From: Botryllus schlosseri
Lineage: Eukaryota
NCBI GenBank assembly: GCA_051294905.1
Contig: CM119372.1
Coordinates: forward strand, 22,694,001-22,758,000
Direction: 5' to 3'
DNA: 64,000 nt
The notes below the pieces were generated by a model that had not been told where the DNA came from, did not search any database, and saw only the letters and a program-made list of their open reading frames with translations. A program made the position numbers and the translations under genes. This document shows, one piece after another, positions 37,089 to 49,491 of this stretch. The stretch's first letter is position 1; each line of letters begins with the position of its first letter.

Positions 37089-40000
37089 CAGTAGGGGTCT
37101 CAGCTTTCCCGTGGCCACTTACTGGCCACAGATTTTTTTGTGGCCGGCCACGAATTTCTCGTGGCCGGCCATGAAAATGCATTGTCTCGTGGCCGGCCAC
37201 AGTGAATTTCATGGCCGGCCATGAGAATTCATCGTGGCCGGCCACGAGTTCATGGCCAGTTCGTGATTTTGGCACATCTAGTTGGATCAAAATCCGCCCT
37301 TTGCATCCAATTTGACAATAGTCAACTAGATCTTCTTCATTTACAATACGAACTTGCTGGCGGCAAGGTTTGTATAGACGACTTCCACTATATTATCGCA
37401 CGTACATAAGTTACATTACCACTTTATTGAGTAGTTTAGGGATGGGTTCAAAATTTGCACGGCTTTACACGTGTTACCATCTCTGTTCGCTGTAGAAATG
37501 AATTTAATTCCCACTGACTATTGAAAAAGTACTCTGGGACGGTGCGTTGTAAACTAACACCGAAACATACGTTCCTTGAACTTTCTAGAATCTAGATATA
37601 TATTTGATAGAGTAATGTATGAGCGTACTGCGTACATCTTATTGCTCGGTCAGACAAACGTCTTTACATTAAAACTGGTGTCCACACAGCTTCCACGCCA
37701 GGCGATCAACGCAATGGGATTGCGTGAAAGATAAAACCGTGGTGCAGACTCGATATAGCCTTGCAGTTTCTTCGCATCTCCGTCGCCCAAGCCCATTAGC
37801 GATGGAAACGTAGATAATCTGACTCCCTGCCCCTCCTTCGTTTTTTACATAAAGAAGCCGTCATATTTTGCTACAAAAAGTTTGTTTATTCCGTTACCAA
37901 TTTCACAAAATCTGTAGCAATTGAAGATATGATTACAATCATTCACAATTCATATACAAGTAGTTGCATGAATGCAATGTGTCCGGTACATGCTTTTCAC
38001 AGAAAACACCCAGGGGCACGAGAGATCGGATGCACTTTGCACGGCGATAAGTATTTGCACCGCATTCAAATGTCGAATTATAATGAATGATTGGGACTTG
38101 TCTGTGTCATCAAGATTGTTCGCTGAATTGCACATTGTTCCCTGCATCAACCACAAATATATCATGCCTATTGGTCAATTCGCAGGCTTGACATGAGCAT
38201 TTTTTCGTCGATCGATGGCGCTGCATTTGATGTCGCATCGATCGATGCTGCTGCCTTAGATGACGCAAAGTATCTGAAGTTATCTATTATTATAACAGTA
38301 ATTTAATTATATAGCAGGCACATTTACGTCCTAAGCCCACCACATCGGTTAGCAGCTTGATCTAACAACGACATGCGATACAAAACGATCCTTGCACCCA
38401 AGTAATCAAGTATCCTCTGGCATACACGGCATCGTTAGTGACTGCGACATGCATCTCATTCGTATTTGCTTCAGCCTGGAAGAACGGCACCTAGGTGGAT
38501 ATACAATATACATTATACATACAAATTATATAGGATCGAAAACGTGACCAAAATCAAATTTCTGGGAACAAAGCCCCACATTTAACCAATATTACCGGCA
38601 GGTTAGGCTACATCGTTGTCTTTATTCTACATCCACAGCACATCTGCAGTGTGTCAAGTTCACGTGCTGCTACAGCATAGAAATATTCTTAGATGCATCG
38701 ACACAATTCTCATCGTGCAAATGAGTGCAAGCTCCATTGATGTTGAGGATCTCGAACGTCGTATGTATTGTATAGCAGTACGATAATCAAATATGTATAT
38801 AACCGCATATCGCGGAATTATCATAGACCTGATACAGAGAGGAAGGATTGTATCAGCCTGGCATTATCAAATTCACAGCTATTCAGCTATACGAAGGATA
38901 ACAAACTATGGAATTGTTTGCAACTACATGTCCTATACCGTTGGAAAGACATATCAGATCGGGGGAAGCACCGGGGAAGCACCGGCCACAGCGAGCAGCG
39001 AGCTGCTCTGTGGCCGGCCACAGAATGTTATGTGGATTTCACAGCTTTTCTGGAACTTGAAACAGTATTTTCTACATATTCTTGGTTCTTTGATTCCCTA
39101 ATTGTTTCGTTCGGGTACTTTCATTACGGTATTTAGTATTGAAACAAGAAAACAGGTAAAATGACCGCATATTGACCGATCCAGTATCTCGATGGAACAG
39201 ATTATGCATTCAAAAAGGTAATAGTCGAGTCTACTTAAGCGTAAATCGAAAATCGGCAGTGACTTAAGACAAATTCCCAGTACAGTATTGTATTATTCAT
39301 AAATTCATCAGGGCAATCCACGAAAGATTTTAAACTGCCCCTACAAACATCATTAAACTGAGGCATGATCAAATATATATGTATTACTTATTCGCATCGC
39401 AGACTCATCATAAACGATAAACATGGTTGAAAAATGAAGGCCATTATCATCATCATATTGTTTAATCGTCGGTTTGCATATTTACAAAATAAAACCAACT
39501 ATACAATCGATTGCAACTGCACAATGCACATTGCACATCTTAAGGTTGAAAATCAATATCAGAACGGGGGAAGCACCGGCCACAGCGAGCTCTGATCTGT
39601 TCTGTGGCCGGCCACAGAATGTCATGTGAATCTCACAGCTTTTGGGGAACTTATAGAGATTTTCTGACAGATATCTGGTATACATTGTTTTTTCCAATTC
39701 TATGCAGTTGCATACGATTAGCTGTGACGAGTGTCAGCCGAATATTTTGGTATATTTCTATAAAAAAGATATAAATCAACACTTACCATAGTTACCAGTT
39801 TTGATAATGTCTTCATCACTTCTAGCTTTCTATACCATTATTTCCTGTTTCATTTAGAGGATATCCCCCTTTTTAATGCATTCTTTACATCATTTTTTGT
39901 GTTTTTAATTGATATATAGAGACTATTACAGATCGTTTCATCTTCTTCCTATCGTTTCATTGTATCGCTATTCATCTGGTATTTCAGGTGAAAATGCATA

Positions 40001-40350
40001 TAAACTGAGCTAAACTCTCGCTCTCACCTAGTTCTATTTACTGTACGCCCATAATAGAACATAATTGATCATGCATTTGACCACGATTGGGCCACATACA
40101 GTACTTATCATCGATACTAACTTGATATATTGCAGCCGGCCATGAAATTTGGCTATGGCCGGCCATGAAATTTAGTCATGGCCGGCCATGACAATGAGTT
40201 TGACATGGCCGGCCATGAAATTTCAGTATGGCCGGCCACGAAATTTCCATGAAAATTACCATGGCCGGCCACAGAATAGCACTTTTCATGGCCGGCCACG
40301 AAATTATCCGTGGCCAGTAAGTGGCCACGGGAATGCTGAAAGTCCGTCTC
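37089..40350. mobile_element. Non-autonomous DNA element with TGGCCGGCCA subterminal arrays
   Basis: Inverted ends TCAGCTTTCCCGTGGCCACTTACTGGCCAC / GTGGCCAGTAAGTGGCCACGGGAATGCTGA; arrays at about 37140-37260 and 40135-40300; flanked by GCCGACTT (37081-37088, 40351-40358); internal direct repeat at about 38970 and 39565. Confidence 0.8.
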
Positions 40351-40379
40351 GCCGACTTTGTACTGGCGCGGCTCACCAT

Positions 40380-40536
40380 CATACTGGGCTTTTTGAGACA
40401 CTGCTATTGCAGTGAGGTTAGCGATGAGGAGCCCAGATAAACTTCCGACACATAGAAGTTGGGTCGAACCGGGATTCGAACCACAGCCATTGGTGTCGTG
40501 ACGCTGGCGCTTAACCAACTGCGCCACTCGCTTCCC
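40380..40536 (-). mobile_element. tRNA-derived SINE (family B)
   Basis: A box TGGCGCAGTTGG, B box GGTTCGAATCC, core GTCGGAAGTTTATCTGGGCTCCTC shared with the copies near 53.5-54 kb. Confidence 0.75.
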
Positions 40537-40865
40537 ATGTATTGGATTAATTCGCTCTCAAAGACCGTTATCAATTCGGTTTTCATTCACGCTGTTGGTA
40601 CAAAGTGACTACTGCACTTTTTGTGATTTTCGTTTGATAGGAAAAGCTAAATTAAAGCGTTTTACATGTTAATTCTGATATACAAGTATGAATTCATCAC
40701 GATGGCAAAACTGCCAAAAATAAAACCTGAAAAATACCTAAAATAAGCTAGTATTGGCATATGCCAAAAATAATCATGCATTCCGATCAGTAGTCGCATT
40801 GTGACTGTTACAGTACGCGTGTACAAAAAGTTTGGGGAGCACTGCACTAAGGTAAGTGTTTGAAC

Positions 40866-41428
40866 GACTATTCCAAGTCGTTTCGACTCCTATCTTTCCA
40901 TTGTATCACAATCTTGCGGTAATTTGAACTGATGGCAATGGATGATAATAACGACGATGACTACGTGGGATCTTATTGGACCACGGCACTACGCTCTAAA
41001 TATGATGTGGTCTCAAATTAAAGTTGGCAGTGTGAGGAATTTTGGCAGCAGGTATTTTCATTGAAAAGCCGCCGTATTCAAACAGCGAGCCGGACCGTTC
41101 CACTCCCTCTATATTTGTGGTATCGAGGTCACGTCACATCGTTTCTTAATCCAGTGACTAGTTTCTACTCCCTAGCACGCGTCCCTTCACTATTGCGCTG
41201 CCTGGACGCAGTCAAGACAGAGAAGGAATTTTAGATAGTTGTCACTTTCCAGTCGATATTATTCAGGAACTCTGAACTATAAAGGAACCACGGCGATTTA
41301 GTTGCGGTAAGTAAGTGTACGTATTTGTCTTAGTCATTGGTTTATTAGCAATTTATATCAGTTCAATACACCACAAAAATGCGATACAATGAAAAGATAG
41401 GAAGGTGTCGAAGCGACTTGGAGAAGTC
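40866..41428. mobile_element. MITE with ~45-bp imperfect TIRs
   Basis: TCCAAGTCGTTTCGACTCCTATCTTTCCATTGTATC versus GATACAATGAAAAGATAGGAAGGTGTCGAAGCGACTTGGA; no TSD recognised. Confidence 0.65.
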
Positions 41429-43009
41429 TATGGAATAAGACACCCACCTTGGCCTAGGCGATGTAAAGAGAAGGCATGCACACTGAATGAAAAGTAAAGA
41501 AGCAAGTATAGAAAAAGCAAGCGACAAAAAAGGGGTGGCATGTCATGGAGGGCGAGATCGATAAGCCAGGTCGTGGTCCAGTAATTTAGGGCTCCGTAAG
41601 GGAGATCAACCAAATTTATGGGGGCGTAGGCCTCCAGAACCCCCTTCGATGACGGACAATGTCACCAGTATGCATATGGTGTACAAAAACTAACACATGG
41701 TATCCGTAGCGAAATAAGTCCGGTGTGCATTGCGCGATTCACGTACGAGCAGTGTATAGGTAACGACGAACACCAGACAAATCTTATTTATATTGACTTG
41801 TCGCTTATTACCTATTGAAATCACAAGTGTTAATGCTATGAAAAACCAGCGTGTATTCGTTGTCTATCGTCGCGAAAGTTTTTATTTTCAAATTCACGAT
41901 TGAATATTGTAAATTATATTGGTAATTGCATTTGCATATATTTTTATCAATCTTATTTATAATCTCTCAGCCCACGTGACCAGATTTACTGGTATAGCTG
42001 ATGTGAGAGGTATCTCCCAAATTTCGGGTACGTAACTTAATTATCACGCATCTTTTGCCGCGGGCCCATTGTTATTAACCTTATTAAATGTTGTTATTTT
42101 GTGACCTGAAGGATTTTCGCTGTAGTCAATTGGAATTTCTCATACGCGATCAGTGGGTGTATATCTCCCCCCAGTGGGCGATTTCGAGAAACAATGGGCG
42201 AAAATGTTAGAACGTCCATAGTGAGGTATATTTAATTAACAAGGCCAAAAGATCGATGTGGAGACGACATATTCTGCATATGACGCGAAAGCTGACTACA
42301 AAAAGGTTAACTCAACGGAAAGTAGATGCGGAAACCGGTTTTCCAAAATGACTTTATTTAGTCAATTCACCAGCGATCAGAGTTAGGTGAATAAATATTC
42401 CGTTGATATGTCCTCTTTTTCGGATCCGTAGATATGGGGAGTGCGAAAATTTGTGTTGAGCTTGATAAGTGGGCGACGAGTCGAAAAAGGCAGGTACACC
42501 AGTGGTTCTTAAACTTTTCAAAATAATTCACTTGGCTTTTTTTAAATGACTCACGTCCCCATACAAAATCAACACAAAACAACTTGTTTGATTTTGAGGT
42601 GTTAATATCAAAGGTGTAGCCGATTTTTTTGCGACTAGCTCTGCTATGTTTGGTTGTGTTTTCAGGGTTTTCAAAACGCAACTCTAATATTGCGAATCAC
42701 ATTCAACCCCCGATCAATCTAATCTTTGGGGGACGAATCCTCCAGATCCCTTCCAACGGGTCGGCCAAATATCATCACTACCATATACATGCGATTCACA
42801 AACGCGAAGTAATATTTAAAATTGAATAGTTATGCACCAAAATACTCTACTTTATGTTGATTAATGATATAATGTTGGTTTAAAAATAAGTTGCCTGAAA
42901 TTTTTTATGTTCCAAAAGTTTGTTTTTCCGGGTCGTTATGCATTTTGGAACGTGCTTCACGGTTCTCAAAAATTGCCTCACGGACCCCAGTTAGAGAACC
43001 ACTGGGCTC

Positions 43010-43350
43010 TAGACAAAACTATAACAGATCAAAGGCCATTAATTCTGCCATCAGCAAACATCTATTAGATAATCCGATTTGTGCGAATAATTATCGAGAT
43101 TCGGAGTCGACTTTTATCAAAATACACCAACCCAACTCTGTCAACAAAAGGAGTTCGTGTACCACCTGAAAATATTACATTGAACGCTCTCTCGTTTGAA
43201 ATTTCATGCTGGTGACGTCATATTTTGTGATACGATTGTTGATATACAATGTTCTTTCCAATTCTCTACTAGTTGCTGACGATTACCCCTGACGAGTGTC
43301 AGCCGAAAATATTCGGGTTTATTTCAATATGAATATACCATACAAAACTA
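43010..43350 (+). mobile_element. Penelope-like retroelement 3' remnant (GIY-YIG C-terminus plus terminal region)
   Basis: SAISKHLLDNPICANNY..ESTFIKIHQP, then in a shifted frame LCQQKEFVYHLKI; followed by a hammerhead motif; partial copies at 60465-60600 and 39722-39770. Confidence 0.75.
43275..43319 (+). ncRNA. Minimal type I hammerhead ribozyme
   Basis: ACCC-CUGACGA-G(UGUCAGC)C-GAAA-AUAU-UC-GGGU: intact catalytic core, 4-bp stem I, 1-bp stem II, palindromic AAUAUU stem III. Confidence 0.65.
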
Positions 43351-45841
43351 TAAGGAAGACTTCTTTCATGAGACGAACACGATTCCAAATTGTCATTTCT
43401 TCACGATGGGGATCATGTGCCTCTGCAACACAGGGGGAGAGAGGGACGAAGACAAGCCTCCAACGCTTCGGCTACTGCTGGCAAGAATAAAATTAAGCTC
43501 GCCTGCATAGATGGCGGTGGATGTCACCACTATATATCAACTCCCCCGCATGCCGTGATTTTTCATATTTCCATCGATTCTTAAAAATCAGAAAATATTG
43601 TACCAAACAATAGGTTAGTCTTAGTTTTGCTGCTATCGTGATGTCCGTGAGTGCTAGTATATAGGAATTCAAGGAATTATTGAAAACCTCGATTACATCA
43701 CACAAATAATTAATCGGGCAGACTCTACCGAGGTTCGCTTCTGAACGCGAACCTCTGAGTTAGTACGTTGTGAAATGCGAATTTAAAGTGAACACGAACA
43801 AATTACATCATGGTTCCATCATAAGGTTATAATTCTATGCCTTGCTTACTCAAAGCTCTAAAAACAACACTATTTTTCGATGGAACTAACTATAATCCTT
43901 CGACCAGCACCATTGGCTGGGCAGTCGAATATCGTTAGCTGTGAGGTCATAACAGTCTAAATGACTTTCAAAGCTCAAATACGTAACGTTTATGTGATCA
44001 CATGCAAAATAACGTCAGTTGAAGACACTGTTTTTTGGTATTTTTCCACCAAATCTTTGTGATAATTCTGTGGGTCAATTATTATTTCACAGAAATGTCG
44101 CTTCCGCTAGCGTACGTACATGAAGACTTTGGTCACACTTTTTAGGTGCGGGGATCATTTCATGGTCTCTACGGCAAGAAGAAAGTACCGAAACTACCGA
44201 AAGTACCGAAAATTCTCGATGATAAAATAACTCGTATATAATGGCCCACTGGCCAAGGGGCGAATCGATTCGATTCGGATTAGAATCATTGAATCATTGT
44301 GCTCAGCCCCATTGCGCAATGGGGACAATATTGACCCGATTTCTTATATTCATATTAGCTACTAGAAGAAGAAGCTCGCCAGATATGAAGGAGGAACGGG
44401 GTATTTCAAATTGACCTATCGGATTCTCAATTTTCCTTTTATAATATACACGAATTAACAGAATTTGCATTTCACAAATTCATGTCTCGGGGCCTACAAT
44501 AAGTATCGTAGGCCCCGCATCCGCATGTCTCTATATTATACCGCACGAGTCGCGTATACCGAAAATACCGGAAAGTGAATTCGACTTAATCTTATATTTC
44601 ATCAACATTACGTCCTACCTAAATTGTTTGATTCGCGGCTAAGTAAACCATAAATATACAGTAAAATTTGTAATAAATCACCTAATTCATTGCTTCTGTG
44701 AAACCGCTGTGATGCTACAGTGGCGATCTAATCTACGTGAGACAGAGTAATTAAAGTTTAAAAGGTGGCAAATGATAGGACTTCGTTATGCAACTGATTG
44801 TAGATTTTGCGATAGCATCATAAAGAAAGATTCATGACATAGAGAATGGTGGGAGGGATTAGATAGCTTACAAAATATTGATATATGTTCGTAACTCGCG
44901 AGGGAATTAATGTTCCTCAGACATGATCAGTTTAAGCGCTGTATAGTAGGCTATGAACTGTGCATTGAGCAATTATGCATGTTATAACTACTGCTCTTCG
45001 AATGTCTGATTTGTGCGATCATAACACGAATATCTTTTTAAGGGTCATTATAAGTATAGGGAAGATGCGAACCTCTAAAAGGTCCCGGTCTGCGTGAACA
45101 CAAACCTATACCGTTACGAAACGTCGCATTGCTAATTTCAAACACTAGGCTACATATCCGCAGGGTAAAATATATTTAATACTTGAATTCGAGGGACGGA
45201 AACAATTCTAAACCGCATTCTTGATCCCGCTCGTCTGGAATAAAATGAATCCAGATTAAAGTGTTTGAAATTTCGGCTCTTTTATCTCTCTATATTTAAC
45301 CGCTTTTCGTCATTTGTGTACTGTACTCCCATGTCGGAGTTGTATATTCTTTAATCAGAGTAGGTCTGGTGCCCTTACTACGATATCACTCGTGTGACTG
45401 AAACGAAATATCTTATCATACGATCTTAGTGTACCTTATTCTAATAAATCTGGGAATAGTTTTGTGCTCAAAAAGACTTTCATTCGCACCCAATGTAGGG
45501 CTGTTCACGGAATCATGGGAGCCCATGAGAAGTTAGACACTCTCCGTGATGCAAATATCACTCAGTGTAGTTTCCCCAGGCAAAGCTCCCACTGCATGAG
45601 GAGAGAGGCTGATGTTCATGTCATGACTCTTCGTAGCCTGTTCAGTGTTCATTTATTGACAAATTGTATACATACTATCTCTCATTGAGTGTGCAGTTCA
45701 TGCTTTCTAAACACGTTTTACTTTTTTAGTATATTTCTAGACCATGGTGGGTTTCATTGATTGAATGCACCAAGCCGTTTGGAGTAGAGTTGGGGCGACG
45801 TTCGGTAGCGATCCTTGGTAATTTAGAGGTTTGCAAACAGA

Positions 45842-46270
45842 CAGGTTCTACCCTGTGAATATATGTGTGCAATAGCATAGTTTTCTAGTAATTTTAACAC
45901 GTACGACCATTTTCGTTAATGTGCAAGAAATAAAGTTGAAAGTATGTAAACTGTAACGATTGGAAGAAGAGAAAGAAATTTGAAAATGAACTGAGCAGAT
46001 TGTTGCCTGCGCCCTATAGCCCGTTTCCGATCCACGCACTCAGTTATTGAAGAGAGTTATTCTATTATTCGCAACCATAGGAGTGATATTCCAATCGAAA
46101 TTCTCGATCAGCAGCGTCATTGTTCAATATTTCAGATTAAATTTTAGCTGTATTCAATTTCCTTTCTTGCTGTCACCGCGATGCAAAGAGCGTTAGGAAG
46201 TGGCAACTCAAACAAAGACGTTAAGGTTATTGTAAAATTATGCTAACCAATATTCACAGTGTAGAACCTG
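45842..46270. mobile_element. MITE with 21-bp TIR
   Basis: CAGGTTCTACCCTGTGAATAT / ATATTCACAGTGTAGAACCTG; TSD not evident. Confidence 0.6.
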
Positions 46271-46633
46271 CCAAGGTTCGTTTGCGAAAGTGAACATTTC
46301 AAATGTCAAGGATAGCATAGCAAAAACGCAACCATCCCTGTATCAGATGTTACACATGTACAGAAAGAGTTTAAAATTTAAAACTATAGATATCGAATTA
46401 AAACGCAACGATGTCGACCGTTTCAGATAGCAAGTATGAAAACGGATCTGCAGCCACATCACAGTGAATATCCTGCATGTAGCACCGGCTGACTTGGAAT
46501 AGCAATGAGCTCGATATAAAGTGATACGTAAATAGTATAATTGGGTCGTACAAAGATCGAAGTTTCATTATAAGTTACCATTTCAGAAACTGCCAACACC
46601 TTTTGAAAATGTACGTACAGGTACACTGCATAT

Positions 46634-47802
46634 CAGATGTGTCAAACATACGGCCAGCTGGCCGGACCGGCCTGGGCTGCGAAGCAATCCTGGGTACATG
46701 AACAAATGTTTGTAGGCTATTATCCAGCAAATTTCTACCAGAAGTTGAGATTTTCAACAAGAAATAGGCCTATACTTCCCGATAAATAATCTCTCAGGAC
46801 AGCAAATGTCGAATATGTTCATGTGCAACAATAAAACCGTCCGACTGAAAGTTGATTTTGCAAATGTGCAAATTCAGAGTACGTTATAGTTCCACTTTCT
46901 TTGGAGTAATGAGTTCTTTACGGTTCGGTAAACCTTTATTATGATGTAACCCAGCATCGTATCCGTGGAAACCCGAATCTTGTATTCCTCACAACGCATA
47001 TAAGCAGGGTTAACGCCGCTTCAAGATATGAAACAAAGTGAGCTTATAGAAATTCACTAACTTATGTCGCTGTGACCCTCCTATGAAATCCACTGTTTGG
47101 TGGTTAGAACTGTATTTAATCGTCCAATCCTTTTATATTTACCAAATCGATTGTTTACGAACAAAGATGTTGCTAGAGAGTCCCCGTGATCCGAAATATA
47201 TTAATTCATAATATATAATCCATAATATATTATTGCGCTGTGGTTTTCAACCTGAGGGTTGCGAGTGTGCAACTCCCACTGATATCGTGTAGCTTTTCTC
47301 TGGGGACCTCGAATCTGACCAGTTTTTATGAAGCAGCATATATTATTGTTGTTGTTATTTAAATTAACAGCAAGACTAGGAACTTATCGCCTGACGACCT
47401 TCTGCACCACGCTCAATGAAATTCACATTGTATACCAAGAAAGAATGGGTCATATGGAATAACGATCAAATATCAGAATGGAGTATAGTTTTATATTTAG
47501 TATCCAGAAATCGGCCGTGAGTAGGGGCTGGCTGAAGGTGATGACCGATTTTTAGTAAAGAGCTTACCGAATTCCGAGATGGGTCGTCGCGGAACATTTT
47601 CATATCGGAAAATGGGTCACTACCACAAATAGATTGAAAAAACATTGATGAGTATAATATATGCTTGATAATGAATGATCCTATTGAAAAACAAAGGCAT
47701 GAATTTGGAGGTAACAATTTGACGTAACTTTCCTGGCGCGTCCTGCAAGAGATCAAAAGGTTTCCATCCGGACCGTTACCCAAATTGAGTTTCACACCCC
47801 TG
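46634..47802. mobile_element. Degenerate hAT non-autonomous element
   Basis: CAGATGTGTCAAAC / GTTTCACACCCCTG; TSD ctgcatat / ctgtaaat. Confidence 0.6.
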
Positions 47803-49394
47803 CTGTAAATAAATATTTTTCACCGGAAATCGCTGATGACTCTATTTACACCCTACGATGGAATGTAAATATGTTGTAAGACCTCACACCAAAATGTCTA
47901 GTTGGTTTGAACAAATGAATCTTCCTTTTATTCCTCAAAATCGTCTATAGCTCTGTTTTGTTGTTGGGTGACAGCCTTGGAACTATACATATGCAATTAC
48001 AAATTGATCAACTCAATTTAATGTCGCCGGAAAGGAAATTTAATAAAGAGTTCGAATTAACTAATGAAATACGAATTTGGTGTAGGATCAGCTCTGTTCG
48101 GCTTTATTAGCCTACTTTACTGTGTCGATAACTCTTGTTAAGAGCGGCACACGATTTGAATCCAACCGAAATTTTCTTATCGACAGAATTTTATGATAAA
48201 ACATTCATAACATACATATCCAAGTAAAAGCGACTTTCTTATTGCTTGATAGCAGACGCATGGAGTGAGGTGACATTATAGGCTACTTCAGAATGATTTC
48301 AGTACCCGTTAAGATATGTATGTATAGTCATCGCACGAAAGGGGCATTTATGATGATAGTCAAATCATTCTGAAGTACCAGAGATACTTATTTGTGTTAA
48401 TTATTATAGGAGCACTCGGTTCAGCAAGGGTATTTGCTCGCTCCTTCCTTGTGGTTACAGCACTTACTCTTCATAATATCCAAGTATATAATATCCAAGT
48501 ATAATAATTTGAAGCCGATTTAATTTTTGATTGAATTTGCTTTGAATATATTGACTAAGACCACAAATTTAATAACTCGACTAGTTCGTCGACCAATTGT
48601 AGCTCTTTCCCAACGCGGGGTTTCCAATGTGTACCTGCAAAACAAATGCGGTGTGACACGCGTGCCAGTCGGACTTGTACGATTATTATGGCACCAAACC
48701 GCTATTTAGGTGTACTCTTGACACATACTTTCACACGTAGTGTCTTGCTTACACATCACTTTTAAATGCTATCATTTACTGACATCCAAAATTCGGTCTC
48801 AGAGTTGAGTTAGTCCGCCTTTTTCTAGTACACACCTGATTCCCAACCACTATTTGATAAGCCTCTACAATCGGATTATTATACCGTTTAATATCTTATT
48901 TTGATAATTTAAATCGACCCGCGTTCTTAAATCCGCATTTACATTTCTTTCCACGTCAATTCGAGAAGTTTAATCCGTGCTGTAAGAATAAAATTCCACC
49001 CGTTAGAACCCAAATTGTTTTAATGTAAGATTTTGACGATCGGATTGCCATATATAAAACAACAGGATTTGGTTTCATTCCAACCGCCAAATTTGCGGCC
49101 GGAATGTTAGTGCACTGTCACCGACTACTGCAAGTCGACGATCCTGCCTGTGACTTGATATATTGTTTAAAATATTCAATTGATCCGCTTGTACCCGGAT
49201 TACATCATATTTGTATGTGTCACATTTTGTGTGAATATAAAAACGTCGCTTAAATCATTTAAGTACAAACGCCGTTGGCAAGTATTTGATGGAGAGCTGT
49301 CCGAGTCTGCTGTATTCTTATTCACCTTGCCGAGTAGCTAAAATTTCACAGCGTTTCAGAAGACAAATATACATAATACATAATACTCAAGGAC

Positions 49395-49491
49395 ATGGCG
49401 TATCGGAACTCATTTGCAGGGGTATTTATAATCTTTTTGACAGTCATCGACACGAGCACTAGTGTACCATTGCAAGATGATAAGGATAAAG
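49395..49491 (+). CDS. Protease homolog exon 1 (signal and pro-peptide)
   Basis: ATG at 49395, hydrophobic stretch, G|gtaagg donor. Confidence 0.8.

Noticed and set aside
36895..40527. Repetitive ORFs (WPAMK/HGRP/VAGH) and a CRISPR-like appearance
   Set aside because: Translations of TGGCCGGCCA arrays; the period is about 20 nt with 10-nt repeats, the context is eukaryotic and there are no cas genes.
43390..45850. Possible minus-strand gene from exon-like segments near 43390-43480, 45510-45640 and 45730-45850
   Set aside because: No consistent frame or homology could be assembled, and one apparent acceptor is a MITE TIR; not excluded without RNA-seq.
47466..47795. 109-aa minus-strand ORF with splice-like signals
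   Set aside because: Lies within TIR/TSD-bounded element 46634-47802; no recognisable domain.
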